From Micavibrio sp. UBA6139 (GTDB lineage: Bacteria; Pseudomonadota; Alphaproteobacteria; Micavibrionales; Micavibrionaceae), in assembly GCA_002423285.1 (NCBI GenBank), contig DIVF01000054.1, forward strand, positions 18,588 to 82,587: a stretch of DNA of 64,000 nt. Direction: 5' to 3'. Below, piece after piece: positions 21,971 to 31,887 of the stretch. Numbering within the stretch: the first letter of the stretch is position 1; each line of letters starts with the position of its first letter. The translations under genes and the position numbers were made by a program. The notes beneath the pieces were generated by a model. The model saw only the letters and a program-made list of their open reading frames with translations, did no database searches and was not told the DNA's origin.

Positions 21971-22143
21971 GCGCGAAAATTGACGTTTGTTCCACGGCTG
22001 CTGAGTGCGGCGACGCTGGAGGCGGATTGCGCCAGAATATCGGCGACCTGCTGGTCAGCCTTGGCGCTGGCTTTGATCACTTCCATTGTAATGGCTTGGC
22101 GTGTCATGGCTGCGGTTGCCGCGATACCTGCTGGAATGTCCAT
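21967..22143 (-). CDS. Small 58-aa protein, YjfB/putative motility protein-like (not in ORF track)
   Basis: RBS AGGA; MDIPAGIAATAAMTRQAITMEVIKASAKADQQVADILAQSASSVAALSSRGTNVNFRA*; fills the intergenic gap. Confidence 0.7.
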   Translation of the reverse strand: MDIPAGIAATAAMTRQAITMEVIKASAKADQQVADILAQSASSVAALSSRGTNVNFRA

Positions 22144-22217
22144 ATCCTATGGTCCCCAAGGGTCGTTGGTAATTTTCTAATCGTTTCAATTGTAACACGA
22201 AAAGATTAAATGGGTTG

Positions 22218-22745
22218 TTAATCCTTTAAGCCCCTGTGTTTCTTCATATATCTCTGGCAGGCACCATAAAGCTCCCCGGCCAGAATCTTGCCCTGCGCCC
22301 CGCCATCCCCGGACAGGCGGCTATGCATGATCGCGGCGATGGTTTTCAAATGCAGGTCCACAACCTCAATCGCGTCATCATTTAACTGGGGCAAATGTTC
22401 AAGGAAGTTGAGCAAAATATCGGCCAGGGCCGTCACCAGCGGATATTTATACATCCCGCCACTCGCTTTTAAATCCATGGCGGGGCTGCTCAATGTGGCG
22501 ATTGTTACTTTGTCGCGCACCGGGTTTGTGCGGGCGGCTTGGATGGCGGTTTGCAAACGATCAAGGAAGTCCTTGGCGTAGGGTTCAAATTCAATCGGTA
22601 ATTGATCAGCGTAATTTTGGGCGCGCTTCACAGTTGTGGTATCAACGCCGCCATAGCCTGCCTTTTCACGCAGGACGTGCCGGGGGGTGATGATCCGAAC
22701 ATCGTCGGATATCTTTTCGACCTTATTCAACGGGTCCATTTTCAT
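22218..22745 (-). CDS. Hpt-like four-helix protein lacking the phosphoacceptor His
   Basis: AMDLKASGGMYKYPLVTALA aligns with the Hpt motif AHxLKGxxGxFGY. Confidence 0.6.
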   Translation of the reverse strand: MKMDPLNKVEKISDDVRIITPRHVLREKAGYGGVDTTTVKRAQNYADQLPIEFEPYAKDFLDRLQTAIQAARTNPVRDKVTIATLSSPAMDLKASGGMYKYPLVTALADILLNFLEHLPQLNDDAIEVVDLHLKTIAAIMHSRLSGDGGAQGKILAGELYGACQRYMKKHRGLKD

Positions 22746-23302
22746 GGTTTATCCGCGTTGTCTTTCAGGTCCTTTAAAATATCATCAAGACGTTGCGGGG
22801 GAGAATCTGTTGTCTTTTCCGGGCCACGACGGCGCGGGCCATTATAGCCTTCTTCGCGGCGGCGGCGGCGGTCGGGTCCGAAAAATTCTTTTGAATGAAC
22901 AAATTTACGCGGCTTTTCGATTAATTGTTCGATGCGCGCGGCTAGGTCCTTGGCAGAAAATGGTTTGACCATAAATTCGGTGACGCCCTTGTCCCGCGCT
23001 TCCATCACACGCACCTTGGCGCTGTAACCGGTCATCAAAATAATCGGTACAAATTGATTGGGGGATCGGGGGTCGGTGCGGATTTTTTCCGTCAAGGCAA
23101 TACCGTCATAGGGTTCCATCATCCAATCGGTAATCACCAGATCGGGGTTATGGGTGCAGAATTTTTCAAAACCCTCCACCGGGTCGGTGGCGGTATAGAT
23201 ATGCTTAAACCCGAATACTTTCAGGATCGACGCCGTTGTGGACAGCATCGGTGTCATATCATCAATAATCAGAACTGCAGTATTTTCGAATTGGTACGCC
23301 AT
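22742..23302 (-). CDS. CheY-like response regulator with Arg-rich tail (Cle-type c-di-GMP effector)
   Basis: REC motifs IIDD, TDW, TG and KPF; tandem FFGPDRR and YNGPRRR. Confidence 0.82.
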   Translation of the reverse strand: MAYQFENTAVLIIDDMTPMLSTTASILKVFGFKHIYTATDPVEGFEKFCTHNPDLVITDWMMEPYDGIALTEKIRTDPRSPNQFVPIILMTGYSAKVRVMEARDKGVTEFMVKPFSAKDLAARIEQLIEKPRKFVHSKEFFGPDRRRRREEGYNGPRRRGPEKTTDSPPQRLDDILKDLKDNADKP

Positions 23303-23410
23303 GAAGGATCCCGCAAAGGCTTCTATTCTTTATGATATTGCGGCGCGGTGGTTCTGTAAATCATAAAATCACGCCTTTTTCCGGGTGCGGCCCTGTGGCA
23401 TAATCCGCGC

Positions 23411-25051
23411 ATGGAAAAATATACAGGAACGGGTGGCCAGATTCTGGTCGAAACATTATTCGCAAACGGTGTGGACCGCATTTCATCTGTGGCCGGGGAA
23501 AGTTATTTGCCCGTTCTGGATGCCCTGCTGGACCGCCCCGAAATCAAGGTGCATACCTGCCGTCAGGAAGGTGGAGCCGGTTTTATGGCCGAAGCGTGGG
23601 GTAAACTCACGGGCCGTCCGGGCATTTGTTTTGTGACCCGGGGGCCGGGTGTGTGTAACGCATCCATAGCCATTCATACCGCACGCCAAGATTCTACCCC
23701 GATGATCGTCTTCATGGGGCAGGTCCGCCGTTGGGAACGGGGCCGCGACGCGTTTCAAGAAGTTGATGTCCGCGCCGTATTCGGAACCCTCGCCAAATGG
23801 GCCACGGAAATTGATGATCCGACCCGTATCCCGGAAATCGTCAACCACGCCTTTAAAATTGCCACATCGGGCCGTCCGGGTCCGGTCGTGATTGGCTTGC
23901 CGGAAGACATGTTGAGCGAAATGGCGGAAACAACGCTGCTGCCGCCGACGCCGATCTTCAAACCCGCCCCGCAAACAGGTGATATTGATAAAATCGCGGA
24001 AATTTTGATGATGGCAGAACGCCCCATGGTTCTGGTCGGTGGATCGGGGTGGAGCGAGCAGGGCATTGCTGAAATTGCCAGCTTTGCGGCTGGTACGCAT
24101 TTGCCTGTGGTGGCGGCATTCCGCAATCACGATTTGATCGATCATCGCCATGGTTGCTATGTCGGTGAATTGGGGACGGGGCCAAACCCGGCACTGGTTG
24201 AGCGTGTAAAGGCGGCTGACTTGCTGCTGGTGATTGGGAATAATCTGGATGAAATCACCACGCAAAATTATACCCTGATTGAAAATCAAAAACTCATTCA
24301 CATTCATGCGGATGCTGAAATTCTGGGTAAGGTTTATGCCCCCGTTCTGGCAATGCAGGCCGATGTGAATCAGGTTGCAACATTACTGGCCGCGAAAGCA
24401 TTCCAGATTGATGGCCGTAAATGGGCGTCATGGCGCGATGCCGGGCGGAAAGACTATGTGGAGTGGACCACAATTGATCTGTCCACACGTCCGCAATTCA
24501 ACGGTGCGGATATGACCGTTATCTTTGAAAAACTGCGTCAGCTATTGCCGCAAGATGCCATCATCACAACCGATGCAGGGAATTTCAGCGGTTGGGCGCA
24601 GCGTTACTTGCAATATGGACGCCCCGGTCGCCTGCTGGCCCCGATCAGCGGCGCAATGGGCTATTCCGTTCCATCGGCCATCGGTGCCTCCATCGCCAAC
24701 CCGGATAAAGTTGTTCTGGGACTGTGCGGAGATGGTGGTTTTATGATGAACGGTCAGGAACTGGCCACCGCCATGCATCACAATGCCACGCCAATTATTA
24801 TGGTTTGCAATAACCAGATGTATGGCACCATCCGTATGCATCAGGAAAAGAAATATCCGGGCCGTATCAGCGCAACAGCACTCACTAATCCTGACTTTGT
24901 TGCCTTGGCCAAAAGCTATGGTGCCTTCGCGATCCGCGTTGAACACGCCGATCAATTCGAATCCGCATGGAACGCCGCCCGTGAATCCGGCACCGCCGCG
25001 TTGATTGAAATTTCAATGGACCCGCGCCAGATTACAACGCGAAGTGTTTAA
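23411..25051 (+). CDS. Thiamine-pyrophosphate-binding enzyme (acetolactate synthase-like)
   Basis: GESYL, RQEGGA, TRGPG and GDGGFMM..NN motifs. Confidence 0.9.
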   Translation: MEKYTGTGGQILVETLFANGVDRISSVAGESYLPVLDALLDRPEIKVHTCRQEGGAGFMAEAWGKLTGRPGICFVTRGPGVCNASIAIHTARQDSTPMIVFMGQVRRWERGRDAFQEVDVRAVFGTLAKWATEIDDPTRIPEIVNHAFKIATSGRPGPVVIGLPEDMLSEMAETTLLPPTPIFKPAPQTGDIDKIAEILMMAERPMVLVGGSGWSEQGIAEIASFAAGTHLPVVAAFRNHDLIDHRHGCYVGELGTGPNPALVERVKAADLLLVIGNNLDEITTQNYTLIENQKLIHIHADAEILGKVYAPVLAMQADVNQVATLLAAKAFQIDGRKWASWRDAGRKDYVEWTTIDLSTRPQFNGADMTVIFEKLRQLLPQDAIITTDAGNFSGWAQRYLQYGRPGRLLAPISGAMGYSVPSAIGASIANPDKVVLGLCGDGGFMMNGQELATAMHHNATPIIMVCNNQMYGTIRMHQEKKYPGRISATALTNPDFVALAKSYGAFAIRVEHADQFESAWNAARESGTAALIEISMDPRQITTRSV

Positions 25052-25098
25052 GGGGTGGTTTGAAGGGGGCAATGCCCCCTTCGACCCTATTCTTTTTT
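25050..25098 (+). repeat. REP-like palindromic element, copy 2
   Basis: 47/49 identical to 17965-18013. Confidence 0.8.
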
Positions 25099-25099
25099 C

Positions 25100-27094
25100 T
25101 TACAATGTGGGTTTGGGGCCGGTGCCGGTTTTTACGGCAGGGGTGCGGACAAGATTGTCTTGGGGCAGGAGTTTTAAGTCCCACTGCGCACGGGCGGGGT
25201 CCACGTTATGAATGCGGCCTAGGATGTTTTCTTTCTGGCGGTAACGATTGGCTTCATTGCCCTTATCGTCCAGCATCACCAGTTCCTGTTTTGCACTATC
25301 AATGCGCCATTGATTGGCGGGCAGGGTGGCGGAGGTTAAGCGTTGGCGCAAGCCCGTTTGCATGATGGTCAGCTCAACATAGTCTTGTCCGATTTCATTG
25401 ATGAACACACGCACCGGTGTGGCCTGCACCCGCGTTAAATCCTGAATGGCATGATACTTATCCATGTCATGGCTGACGTTCCGTTCCACGTTGCGGCGGC
25501 TATTCAAATGGGCGGCGATTTTATCAAGGTTGGAAATTTCTTCATCGCTCATGCCAATATCCGGTGTGCCAAGGGCGCGGTGGAGCGCACGCATATTGAT
25601 GATGTCGGCATAGCGGCGGATGGGGGATGTAATATGCGCGTAATGGAGCAGGCCCAATTGGGCGTGGCCAGTGCGGTGTGTTGCATAATGGGCGCGTTGA
25701 ACGGCGCGGGGGTTGTTAATATCGCCCGGTTCAAGGTTGCGCGACAGGAATGGAACGTTTGACGCATCTAAAAACTTCGCCATCAATGAATTGCTTTGCA
25801 CCATTAATGTTTCGATCAATGATTTACTGGAATATTGGCCGGGGCTTTCCTTGAGCAGGGCCTCTAGTTCTTTGTTATCACCGTTTTTGCGGCGCATTTC
25901 ATGGATGTTGTTAATAATGCGGAAGCGCGGGTCGCCGCGTTCGGATAAATCATAAAACTGGCCATAGGATAATTGCGTGCGGGACCGAATGACACCTGCG
26001 AAGACATCAAAGGATACCAGATGGCCTTCCCAGTTCAATGATTGCTTCACAATCATCGCCGGACGGTTATGGCCGGGGATCAGTGATGTTTTACGGGTGC
26101 TGAGAATGTCGGGCAGCATATGGGCGGTATTGTTATCACCCATATAAAATGTGCTGCCGCATTCATAGGCTTCGCGGTCAACGGCGGTATTGTAAAGGAC
26201 CAGAGCTGGAACATCGGCGATGGCCGTATAAACGGCGTAACCGTCTTTTTCCACTGTGGCACAAAACGCATCATCCAGATCGGTGGACCCAAGCGGATCA
26301 ACAGTGACAAAATCCATATGGCGCAGATCAGCGCGACCTTTATAGTTGATGCGGCTGCGGTATAACACTTCGGCCTCCGCCAATGCTTCGGGGGAGTGTG
26401 TTTTTGCAATGCCGTGTTTGGATGCCACGATATCGCCAATGGCGATGCCGGTGGTAATATCGCGCGTTTGATCATTAACGATGGTGGCGCGGGGATTGCG
26501 CGGGTCAAAATCAGGCGGTAATTCAACAACAAACTGATGCGGCAGGTTCGTCATGCCGTTTGCTTGTGTCAGTTTAAAATCAGTCTTTATGGTGCGGTCT
26601 AGCGGCGCGAAGTTCTGCGCCTTCTGGTTAAATACACCAACCAGATGGAATGATTTATCCGCAGCGGCAATAAAGCGCGCACGCAGGTCAGTACCTGTTC
26701 CGACCAGGCCGCGGTCCAACCCAACGACAATACGTTGTCCTGCTTGTAATTGGTGTTGAACAAAATCATTGGCTGACAGGGTCACAACAGGGGCGTCTTG
26801 TTCCGGCACGTTCAATAGATGAACCTGAACACGCTTGCCTGGTTGCGGGTTGCCAACAAGCGCATAGGAAATGTCTGCCCATGGGGCCGTGGCAGTATAG
26901 CCGCGCGGTTCCAGTGTGATCAGGGATTCCTTGGTCAATTCCGCCAATAGGGTGGTGAGTTCTTCTTGTGTCTCTTCATCTTGCCCGAACAGGGTCAAAA
27001 GGGCGCTGCGGCCCATAGGGGTGGGGTGCATGGCGATGGCGCGATGGAGCGTATCCTTATCGAGGTCCGGAAACGGATTGCCTTTGGAAACCAT
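25100..27094 (-). CDS. Divergent RNB-domain exoribonuclease (RNase R/II family)
   Basis: DPLGSTDLDDA, AIADV and HITSPIRRYAD motifs; N-terminal winged-helix-like and C-terminal S1-like regions. Confidence 0.85.
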   Translation of the reverse strand: MVSKGNPFPDLDKDTLHRAIAMHPTPMGRSALLTLFGQDEETQEELTTLLAELTKESLITLEPRGYTATAPWADISYALVGNPQPGKRVQVHLLNVPEQDAPVVTLSANDFVQHQLQAGQRIVVGLDRGLVGTGTDLRARFIAAADKSFHLVGVFNQKAQNFAPLDRTIKTDFKLTQANGMTNLPHQFVVELPPDFDPRNPRATIVNDQTRDITTGIAIGDIVASKHGIAKTHSPEALAEAEVLYRSRINYKGRADLRHMDFVTVDPLGSTDLDDAFCATVEKDGYAVYTAIADVPALVLYNTAVDREAYECGSTFYMGDNNTAHMLPDILSTRKTSLIPGHNRPAMIVKQSLNWEGHLVSFDVFAGVIRSRTQLSYGQFYDLSERGDPRFRIINNIHEMRRKNGDNKELEALLKESPGQYSSKSLIETLMVQSNSLMAKFLDASNVPFLSRNLEPGDINNPRAVQRAHYATHRTGHAQLGLLHYAHITSPIRRYADIINMRALHRALGTPDIGMSDEEISNLDKIAAHLNSRRNVERNVSHDMDKYHAIQDLTRVQATPVRVFINEIGQDYVELTIMQTGLRQRLTSATLPANQWRIDSAKQELVMLDDKGNEANRYRQKENILGRIHNVDPARAQWDLKLLPQDNLVRTPAVKTGTGPKPTL

Positions 27095-27199
27095 GAAAAC
27101 GCCTACTCCCAGAAATTTACGCCCAAGTCATGTTTTATGGATATTCCATATAGCGGCTTGGGGGTCAAAAATGCAAGAAATTATCGTGAAGTCAGGGGC

Positions 27200-27493
27200 T
27201 TAATCCGCTGCAAATTTGTTCATGGCTGCGGCTAGCTTCAAATCCAACTCCGTCACGCCGCCGGCATCATGGGTGTTGAGGGTGACTTCTACCCGGTTGT
27301 AAACGTTAAACCATTCAGGGTGGTGGTTCATTTTTTCAGCCAGAATGGCGGTTTGAGTCATGAAGGCAAAGGCCGCGCCGAAATCGGCAAAGGTATAGGT
27401 TTTCACCAGCGCATCACGCCCATCAGCCAGCGACCAACCTGTTAAGTCATTGATTTTACTTTGTACAGTTGCCCTGTCCAGTTTTTCAGCCAT
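27200..27493 (-). CDS. phhB: Pterin-4-alpha-carbinolamine dehydratase
   Basis: [17 protein letters not shown] and THDAGG motifs. Confidence 0.93.
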   Translation of the reverse strand: MAEKLDRATVQSKINDLTGWSLADGRDALVKTYTFADFGAAFAFMTQTAILAEKMNHHPEWFNVYNRVEVTLNTHDAGGVTELDLKLAAAMNKFAAD

Positions 27494-27571
27494 TGTCGCT
27501 CCCTGCATTTCGTCGTAAGGTTAATATCTAATTCGAGATTTAACACGATTCTGCAACAAACGGACCAGAAC

Positions 27572-28003
27572 ATGGAACGCGATCAGATCATTATGAGCTT
27601 TAGCTCGCCCCCCAGCGCCGATGACATCGAAGTCATCGCCAAGAGTGCGCTTGAATCCTTGCCCGAAGAATTGCTGGAATTCTGCGAAAACATGGCCATT
27701 CGCGTGGAAGATTTCCCCGATGAAGCGATTCAGCAGGAGCTGGAACTGGAAGACCCGTACGATATTTTAGCCCTGTTCCGTGGCGGCAACCAGATTGCGC
27801 CGGGCGTCACCAAAAAAACCGCCAATGACGATGACCAGCTTTTGATCTTCCGCCGTCCGTTGCTGGATGCGTGGTGTGAAACCTATGACGATCTGAACGC
27901 CTTGATCCGTCAGGTGATGATTGAAGAAATCGCGCAGAATTTTGAATTCAGCGAAGATGAAATTGAAGAGATGGCCTCACGTTCATACCAAGGAATGTTG
28001 TAA
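27572..28003 (+). CDS. Zincin_1 (DUF1025) metallopeptidase-like protein, HExxH degenerate
   Basis: LPEE..VEDFPD..LALFRG..IFRRPLL..W, followed by VMIEEIAQNF. Confidence 0.75.
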   Translation: MERDQIIMSFSSPPSADDIEVIAKSALESLPEELLEFCENMAIRVEDFPDEAIQQELELEDPYDILALFRGGNQIAPGVTKKTANDDDQLLIFRRPLLDAWCETYDDLNALIRQVMIEEIAQNFEFSEDEIEEMASRSYQGML

Positions 28004-28005
28004 CG

Positions 28006-28578
28006 ATGCGTTTTCTGTTTATCCGCCACGGCGAAACCGATTGGAATGTTCGTGGTGTTATGCAAGGGAGTAATGATATTCCCTTAAACCAAAACGGCAT
28101 TGACCAAGCCTTCGCCGCCGCCGCGCGTTTAAAGATCCTGCCTGTTACAAAAATTATCACCAGCCCGCAAATTCGCGCCCGCCGTACCGCTGAAATTATC
28201 AGCGATGCCTTTGCACTGGCGATTCATCTGGAGCATGATCTGCGCGAGCGCAGCTTTGGCGCGTATGAGGGCAGCACACCGGATAATCTGCCGAAAATCC
28301 CCGTGAATAGTAACTCCCCGCACGGACCATTCGATTATGCCGATGGCAATGTCGAACCCTTCGCCGAAGTCACGCAGCGTTCGCGTGGTGCCATTGAGCG
28401 TTGGCTTGATGGTCATGATCATACAAAAGATGGTCTTGTGTTGTTTGTTGCCCATGGCGGCGTATTCAGTGCCATCCATCATGCCTTCGATTGCGGCCCG
28501 CATTTCCGTGTCCAGAACGCAACGCCTTACGAATTCCTCCGCCAGACGGACGGGAAATGGCTTTGTACGCCGGTTTAA
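28006..28578 (+). CDS. Histidine phosphatase family protein
   Basis: RHGETDWN and AHGG motifs. Confidence 0.9.
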   Translation: MRFLFIRHGETDWNVRGVMQGSNDIPLNQNGIDQAFAAAARLKILPVTKIITSPQIRARRTAEIISDAFALAIHLEHDLRERSFGAYEGSTPDNLPKIPVNSNSPHGPFDYADGNVEPFAEVTQRSRGAIERWLDGHDHTKDGLVLFVAHGGVFSAIHHAFDCGPHFRVQNATPYEFLRQTDGKWLCTPV

Positions 28579-29135
28579 TAGCCCGCTGTCTTTAAGGCGG
28601 TGAGAAGTTGACCTGCCGTTTGGCGCAGTGATGTTTCAAAATCCAAATGCGCATCATCATTGGCGCCATCTGAAATATATTTCAGGCATAAAAACGGAAT
28701 ATTGCGGCGTTGGCAAATCAGGGCCAAGGCAAAGGCTTCCATATCCACAACATCAAAATGCCCGGCGGCTTCGCTGGTGTCGAATGAATCACCACTGCCG
28801 CAGATGCCCTGCTGTAATCCTGCAATGCTCATTCCGTGCGCGAGGGTGACGGGGTCTTTTGAAAACGGTGTTTGCCATTTTTCAAACCCCAGCGGGGTTG
28901 CATCCATATCGCGTTGAATAAACTGCGTGCAGTTGATAATCGTGCCGCTTGCATGTTTGCGGCTGCCTGCTGTGCCCAGATTGATAACAAGGCTGGGCGT
29001 TGTGTGCGCAAGGTGCGAGGTAAGGGTATAGGTCGCATTCACCTTGCCAATCCCGGTATGAAGGACCTGATGGCCAGAAAATACATCCTGACTTTCTTGT
29101 TCCATCGCAAAAACGAGAAGGGGTTTATCTGTCAT
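28575..29135 (-). CDS. MTA/SAH nucleosidase-like (PNP_UDP_1) protein
   Basis: TGIGKVNA, NLGTAG, VDMEA and KYISD motifs. Confidence 0.85.
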   Translation of the reverse strand: MTDKPLLVFAMEQESQDVFSGHQVLHTGIGKVNATYTLTSHLAHTTPSLVINLGTAGSRKHASGTIINCTQFIQRDMDATPLGFEKWQTPFSKDPVTLAHGMSIAGLQQGICGSGDSFDTSEAAGHFDVVDMEAFALALICQRRNIPFLCLKYISDGANDDAHLDFETSLRQTAGQLLTALKTAGY

Positions 29136-29162
29136 CGGTCATCAATCGCTCCAAAATAAAGT

Positions 29163-29204
29163 GAATAGGGTTAAGGGGGCGATTGCCCCCTTAAAATCCT
29201 TTTT
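29163..29204 (-). repeat. REP-like palindromic element, copy 3 (inverted), likely htpG terminator
   Basis: Reverse complement AAAAGGATTTTAAGGGGGCAATCGCCCCCTTAACCCTATTC shares the stem and the ACCCTATTC tail. Confidence 0.7.
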
Positions 29205-29210
29205 AATCTT

Positions 29211-31100
29211 TTAAGCAGCCAACCCTTTTTGCATGAAATTAGCCATGCGGCGGGCGAAGTTGGCGGGGTCGGGGACGGGTTCGCCTTGGATGATGCGGGC
29301 CTGGTCTAATAATAGATAAGCGGCATCGGTGAAAGCGGCGCTGTCCTTGGCCTCATGCGCCAAACGCGTAATCAGCGGGTGCGTGCCGTTGATTTCAAGG
29401 ACGCGTTTTGATTTTGCCTCATATTTCTGGTGCATTTTCAAAACACGTTCCATGTTCATATCAACATCATTGTCACCTGCGACCAGACACACAGGTGAAT
29501 CGGTCAAGCGGTTGGAAATGCGCACATCACCGACATCTTCCTTCAGCAGATCCTTCAGCGTGGCAATCAATGTTTCCACGGATGGGTCTGTCTTTTTGTC
29601 TTCCTTAGCCTCATCAGGGCCGGGGAATTTGGATAGGTCGATATTGCCCTTGGTGATCGATTTAAAGAATTTATCCTTATAATCCTGCACCTGTTGCAGC
29701 CAGAAATCATCGACCGTATCGGTCAGCAGCAGAACTTCCAGGCCACGGGCGCGGAAGCCTTCCAATTGCGGGCTGTTCTTCAGGGCTTCGACGTTTTCAC
29801 CGCTGATAAAGAAGATATTATCCTGATCCGGTTTCATGCGGGCGATGTATTCATCGAGCGTGGTGAGTTCACCGTCGCCGTGGGTGCTGTTGAATTTGCA
29901 CACACGGAACAGGAAATTGCGGTGATCGACCGCATCATACAGGCCTTCCTTCAATACGGGTCCGAATTGACCCCAGAAGGCTTTATAGCCCATCGGGTCT
30001 TCATTCATCATGCGTTCAAGGTCGGTCAGGATGCGTGTCGCAACGGAGCTGCGAATACGCGCCATAACCGGGTTATGCTGTAACATTTCGCGGCTGATGT
30101 TCAGCGGTAAGTCTTCGCTGTCGATAACACCCTTCACAAAGCGCAGCCACGGATACATCAATTCCGAACTGTTATCGGTGATAAAGACGCGGCGGACGTA
30201 AAGTTTCACGGCGTTCTTGCGTGATGGATCGAACAGATCCCATGGGCGCAATGTCGGGACAAAGAGCAGAGCGGAGAATTCAATTTTCCCTTCAGCCCGC
30301 CAATGGGATGTTACAAACGGTTCATCAATGCCATAGGACAGCGCATGGTAAAATTCCATGTATTGTTCCTTGGTGACTTCGCTTTTGGGGCGCATCCACA
30401 GGGCGGAAGCCTTGTTGACGGGTTCATCATCGGCCTTATGCGTGGCGGGTGAACCAAGAAAGACGGGGACGTTGATGTGGTCGGAATAGGTATGAATAAC
30501 CTGTTTCAATTTTTCATCGATCAGATATTCACTGGAATCATCATTAATCGTCATGATGATGGCGGTGCCGCGATGGCCGATCAGCTTGGCGGCTTCTTCG
30601 GGGGTGGCGGCACGGATTTCAAAACCGCTGCGCCCATCAGATTCCCAGTGCCATACTTCAGCTTCACCGGCGCGTTGGCTGATGACTTCGACTTTTGTGG
30701 ACACCATGAAGCTTGCGTAGAAGCCAACACCGAACTGGCCGATCAGGCTTAATTTATCTGTGCCGCCCTTGCCGACATGTTCCATCAAAGCGCGTGTACC
30801 GGATTTGGCAATCGTGCCGAGGTTTTCGACCAGTTCATCCTTGGTCATGCCAACGCCGTTATCAACGACATGCAAGTAACGGTAATCCGTGTCCTTATAA
30901 ATATGGATGCGGAAATTGCTGTCATCCTTGGCAAGGTCCGGCTTGGCGATGGATTCATACCGCAAGCGGTCGCACGCATCGGACGCGTTAGAGATCAATT
31001 CACGCAAGAAGACATCCCGGTTGGAATAAAGGGCATGCGCCACAATATCCAGCAAGCGGGAAACATCTGCACCAAAGGAAAGTTTTTCTGTCTGTGTCAT
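29211..31100 (-). CDS. htpG: Chaperone HtpG (Hsp90)
   Basis: FLRELISNASDA, IGQFGVGFY and DSEDLPLNISRE motifs. Confidence 0.97.
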   Translation of the reverse strand: MTQTEKLSFGADVSRLLDIVAHALYSNRDVFLRELISNASDACDRLRYESIAKPDLAKDDSNFRIHIYKDTDYRYLHVVDNGVGMTKDELVENLGTIAKSGTRALMEHVGKGGTDKLSLIGQFGVGFYASFMVSTKVEVISQRAGEAEVWHWESDGRSGFEIRAATPEEAAKLIGHRGTAIIMTINDDSSEYLIDEKLKQVIHTYSDHINVPVFLGSPATHKADDEPVNKASALWMRPKSEVTKEQYMEFYHALSYGIDEPFVTSHWRAEGKIEFSALLFVPTLRPWDLFDPSRKNAVKLYVRRVFITDNSSELMYPWLRFVKGVIDSEDLPLNISREMLQHNPVMARIRSSVATRILTDLERMMNEDPMGYKAFWGQFGPVLKEGLYDAVDHRNFLFRVCKFNSTHGDGELTTLDEYIARMKPDQDNIFFISGENVEALKNSPQLEGFRARGLEVLLLTDTVDDFWLQQVQDYKDKFFKSITKGNIDLSKFPGPDEAKEDKKTDPSVETLIATLKDLLKEDVGDVRISNRLTDSPVCLVAGDNDVDMNMERVLKMHQKYEAKSKRVLEINGTHPLITRLAHEAKDSAAFTDAAYLLLDQARIIQGEPVPDPANFARRMANFMQKGLAA

Positions 31101-31127
31101 GATGCTTACGAATATAAGATGTTTTTC

Positions 31128-31766
31128 TTACGGGTAAAGCATTTTTCGGTCCCAACCAGAACCCTGGGCCGCACCATCGGTACGGGGGGTATAAACCACC
31201 CGGCGGTGCAGGCGGAATTCCCCGTCATGCCAGAATTCAATTGAGCTTGGGATCACGCGGTAACCGCCCCAATGGGGTGGGCGGGGGATAGAATCCTCAA
31301 GGCCTTGATATTGGGCCTCCAGTGCCGAAACCTTATCCACCAGATGGGTGCGGGATTCGAGCGGACGGGACTGGTCAGACGCCCACGCGCCGATGCGGCT
31401 GCCCAAGGGTCTTGTTTTATAATACTCATCCGATTCCGCGTCGCTGACCCGCTCCACGCGTCCCTCAATCCGCACCTGACGGCGGAGGGATTTCCAGTGG
31501 AAGCACAGGGCCGCCACAGGGTTCGAATCGAGCGCGGTTCCTTTGCGGCTTTCACGGTTGGTGTAGAAAACAAAACCGCTTTCATCGAGCCCCTTCAACA
31601 ACACCATGCGGATAGACGGCGTGCCATCAGAATCGATGGTCGCCAAGGACATGGCATTGGGGTCGTTTACTTCCGCGCTTTCTGCATCGCTCAGCCATTT
31701 CCGAAACAATGGAAAGGGGGCGTCAGGCGCGGATTTGGCCGTTTCCAGCTGGGCAATTATGTCCAT
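31128..31766 (-). CDS. pdxH: Pyridoxamine 5'-phosphate oxidase
   Basis: [16 protein letters not shown] and EFW....RLH motifs. Confidence 0.96.
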   Translation of the reverse strand: MDIIAQLETAKSAPDAPFPLFRKWLSDAESAEVNDPNAMSLATIDSDGTPSIRMVLLKGLDESGFVFYTNRESRKGTALDSNPVAALCFHWKSLRRQVRIEGRVERVSDAESDEYYKTRPLGSRIGAWASDQSRPLESRTHLVDKVSALEAQYQGLEDSIPRPPHWGGYRVIPSSIEFWHDGEFRLHRRVVYTPRTDGAAQGSGWDRKMLYP

Positions 31767-31887
31767 AATTTGTCTGTTCCTCGTATAAGGAGTCTTTTTT
31801 TTGCTGCAATTCCCTTTTACAGTCTAGATATGGAGCATAGGAACTTGTTGTTCCGCGATCAATGAGGAAGAGAAGGATTTTTATAAA

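Noticed and set aside
22206-22221. CtrA-like TTAA-N8-TTAA upstream of the small YjfB-like ORF
   Set aside because: Spacer is 8 rather than 7 and overlaps a stop codon; insufficient support
23396-23411. sigma54-like TGGCA-N-GC upstream of the TPP enzyme
   Set aside because: Lacks TTGC and abuts the ATG; better explained as an extended -10
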